From Blastocystis sp. Blastoise (taxonomy: Eukaryota; Protista; Bigyra: Opalinata): 64,000 bases of DNA. The notes beneath the pieces were generated by a model, which was given only the letters and a program-made list of their open reading frames with translations, was not told where the DNA came from and did not search any database. Numbering within the stretch: position 1 is the first letter of the stretch; every line of letters starts with the position of its first letter. Below, piece by piece: positions 58,118 through 64,000 of this stretch. The DNA lies in the NCBI GenBank assembly GCA_039096225.1, contig JBBPEB010000013.1, positions 1,736,001 to 1,800,000 of the forward strand, written 5' to 3'. The translations under genes were made by a program, and so were the position numbers.

Positions 58118-58878
58118 TCTATATTCTATTTTTTTATTTTATTTTTATTGGTTTAATTATATTTTTATTCATTTATTTATTTAGTATAATCTTATTACTA
58201 TCTATCAATAAATTATTATATATGTATACGTTTTTTTCTTTCTTATTATTGTATATTACTCGTATATTTTTAAATAATTATCAAAAGTATTTATTTTCCT
58301 ATATATATATATATATTACTTTTTCTATTTTTTCTTATTTTCTTATTTTTCTTTATTCATTTTATTCACACTCTCTCTATATATATTCTTTTATATTCAT
58401 AATTAAACATCATATTATATACCAAATTTTAATGTTGTTGTTTTCTGAATTATTCAATTTTACTATATTTTTTTAGTTTATTAATATTTTAATATATTCC
58501 ATATTATATCGGACTTTCTTAGCTACATATAATTCTTTTTATATTCTATCATACTATGTTTTTCCATAGCAATACTCTGGTTCCATTAAATATATATATA
58601 TATATATTTATATTTATTGTTTTCATTTTTTTTTTTTTAATTTTATTTGTTTTCTACTTTTTTTCATTCATTTCTTTATCTGTTTCAAATATGAAATACA
58701 TTTATATTTCTTTCATTGTTTTGTTCTTTTATCTAAATTAATATTGTAACTATTTTAAGGATTTCAAGTATATTACAAACTATAAACTTCCAAAATAGTA
58801 TTTATAGTATTTATTATATATAAAATTAAAAACAAAACAAAGAATCATAAGACAATAAAATTAAGATTGAAAAACAAT

Positions 58879-59496
58879 TTAGTTTTCATAGATCCATTTA
58901 TCGTTATCCTTAGTCCAGCTAAGAGTACCTTCAGGGAACCAAAGACCAATTTCTCTTTCAGCGTTTTCAACGGAGTCAGAACCATGGACGATGTTACTAT
59001 ATATTTAATAATATATATATATAACTATTATTATATATAAATCTTAATGATTCTATATTCATTAGAAAATCAATTTCAACATAAATAAATTAATCTATAT
59101 ATATATATATATACCGGCCAACTTGAATACCGAAATCACCACGGATGGTACCAGGAGCAGATTCAGAAGGCTTAGTAGCACCAAGCATCTTTCTACCAGA
59201 GGCAACAACATTATCACCTTCCCAAACCATAGCAACAACGGGACCAGAACTCATATATTCAACAAGTCCGTTGAAGAAGGGTTTTCCAGCAAGTTCAGCA
59301 TAATGCTTTTGGAGGAGTTCCTTGGAAGCAATAATAGCCTTGCAACCAATAAGCTTGAATCCCTTTTGTTCAAAACGGGTCATAATTTGACCAACAAGAC
59401 CACGTTGGACACCATCGGGTTTAGCAGCAATAAAAGTACGTTCCTAAAATATAACAATAATCAACAATTTGTTATAAATAAACATACACGAGCCAT
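58879..59496 (-). CDS. ndk: Nucleoside diphosphate kinase (group I)
   Basis: MAR|[16 protein letters not shown]...PGTIRGDF...G|NIVHGSDS...W.YEN*. Two introns. Confidence 0.97.
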
Positions 59497-59697
59497 GATT
59501 AAAGTAAATTAAAGTAATAACTGAATGAAAATTGAGAAAAATGATAAGATAGATAATTCTATTGAAGAAATTTCTGGAATATATTTCACCATTCATTCAA
59601 GCTATTTATTTTTTTCATGATTATTGAAGATTCTCTCAGAGAAATTTAATTTTTTTATAATTCCAAAAAAAAATGAAATTATTCATAAAATAAAATG

Positions 59698-59770
59698 TGC
59701 GGGTTGTGAGGATCGAACTCACGACCTTAGGATTATGAGACCTACGCTCTTCCATCTGAGCTAAACCCGC
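59698..59770 (-). tRNA. tRNA-Met(CAT), elongator type
   Basis: GCGGGTTTAGCTCAG...CTCATAA...GTTCGATC...AACCCGCA, 73 nt, with a G1:C72 pair, TTC T-loop and U31-U39. Confidence 0.95.
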
Positions 59771-59925
59771 TATCCATTTTATTGGTTTTATTATGTTATA
59801 TAACAATAATATATACTAAAACAACAAAATTTTGTCTCTATATTTCAAATTCAAAAGTTTCAACGTATTGATAAGTAACTATTAGTATAACACTTTAATC
59901 ATTCTTATATATAGTTAAAGGCGAT

Positions 59926-64000
<4,075 letters not shown>

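Overview
Extremely AT-rich, intron-dense eukaryotic genomic DNA. The style is compatible with a Blastocystis-like gut stramenopile, but this cannot be proven from the window. About 19 host protein-coding genes were reconstructed by hand-splicing: UBR1-like E3 ligase (5'-truncated), DUF1647-like protein, insulysin-like M16A peptidase, tandem pseudokinase, small coiled-coil protein, UEV-TKL kinase, formate-THF ligase, SMYD methyltransferase, Pro-rich membrane protein, SPF45/RBM17, RanBP2-zinc-finger protein, ALG10, PDZ-TBC RabGAP, rhomboid-like protein, PH-HMA-like protein, GT77-like and fucosyltransferase-like glycosyltransferases, NDK and a virilizer/VIRMA-like gene (3'-truncated). The window also holds tRNA-Leu(AAG), tRNA-Met(CAT) and an intact Tc1 (DD34E) transposon with perfect 25-bp TIRs and a TA duplication. 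Most short ORFs in the supplied track are intron microsatellite artefacts. Most notable observations: (1) gene-body introns are bracketed by self-complementary GTATATAT...ATATATAG ends and filled with A/T simple repeats, down to a pure G(TA)15G intron, while promoter-proximal introns are mostly ordinary; (2) two U12-type AT-AC introns, one GC-AG intron and one junction with no GT/GC donor in the needed phase; (3) a strongly over-represented GC-rich motif, TTCCC(C)GYG / CRCGGG(G)AA, written into exons in both orientations with rare codons, suggesting a DNA-level code overlaid on coding sequence; (4) unusual domain fusions (UEV-kinase, PH-HMA-like).
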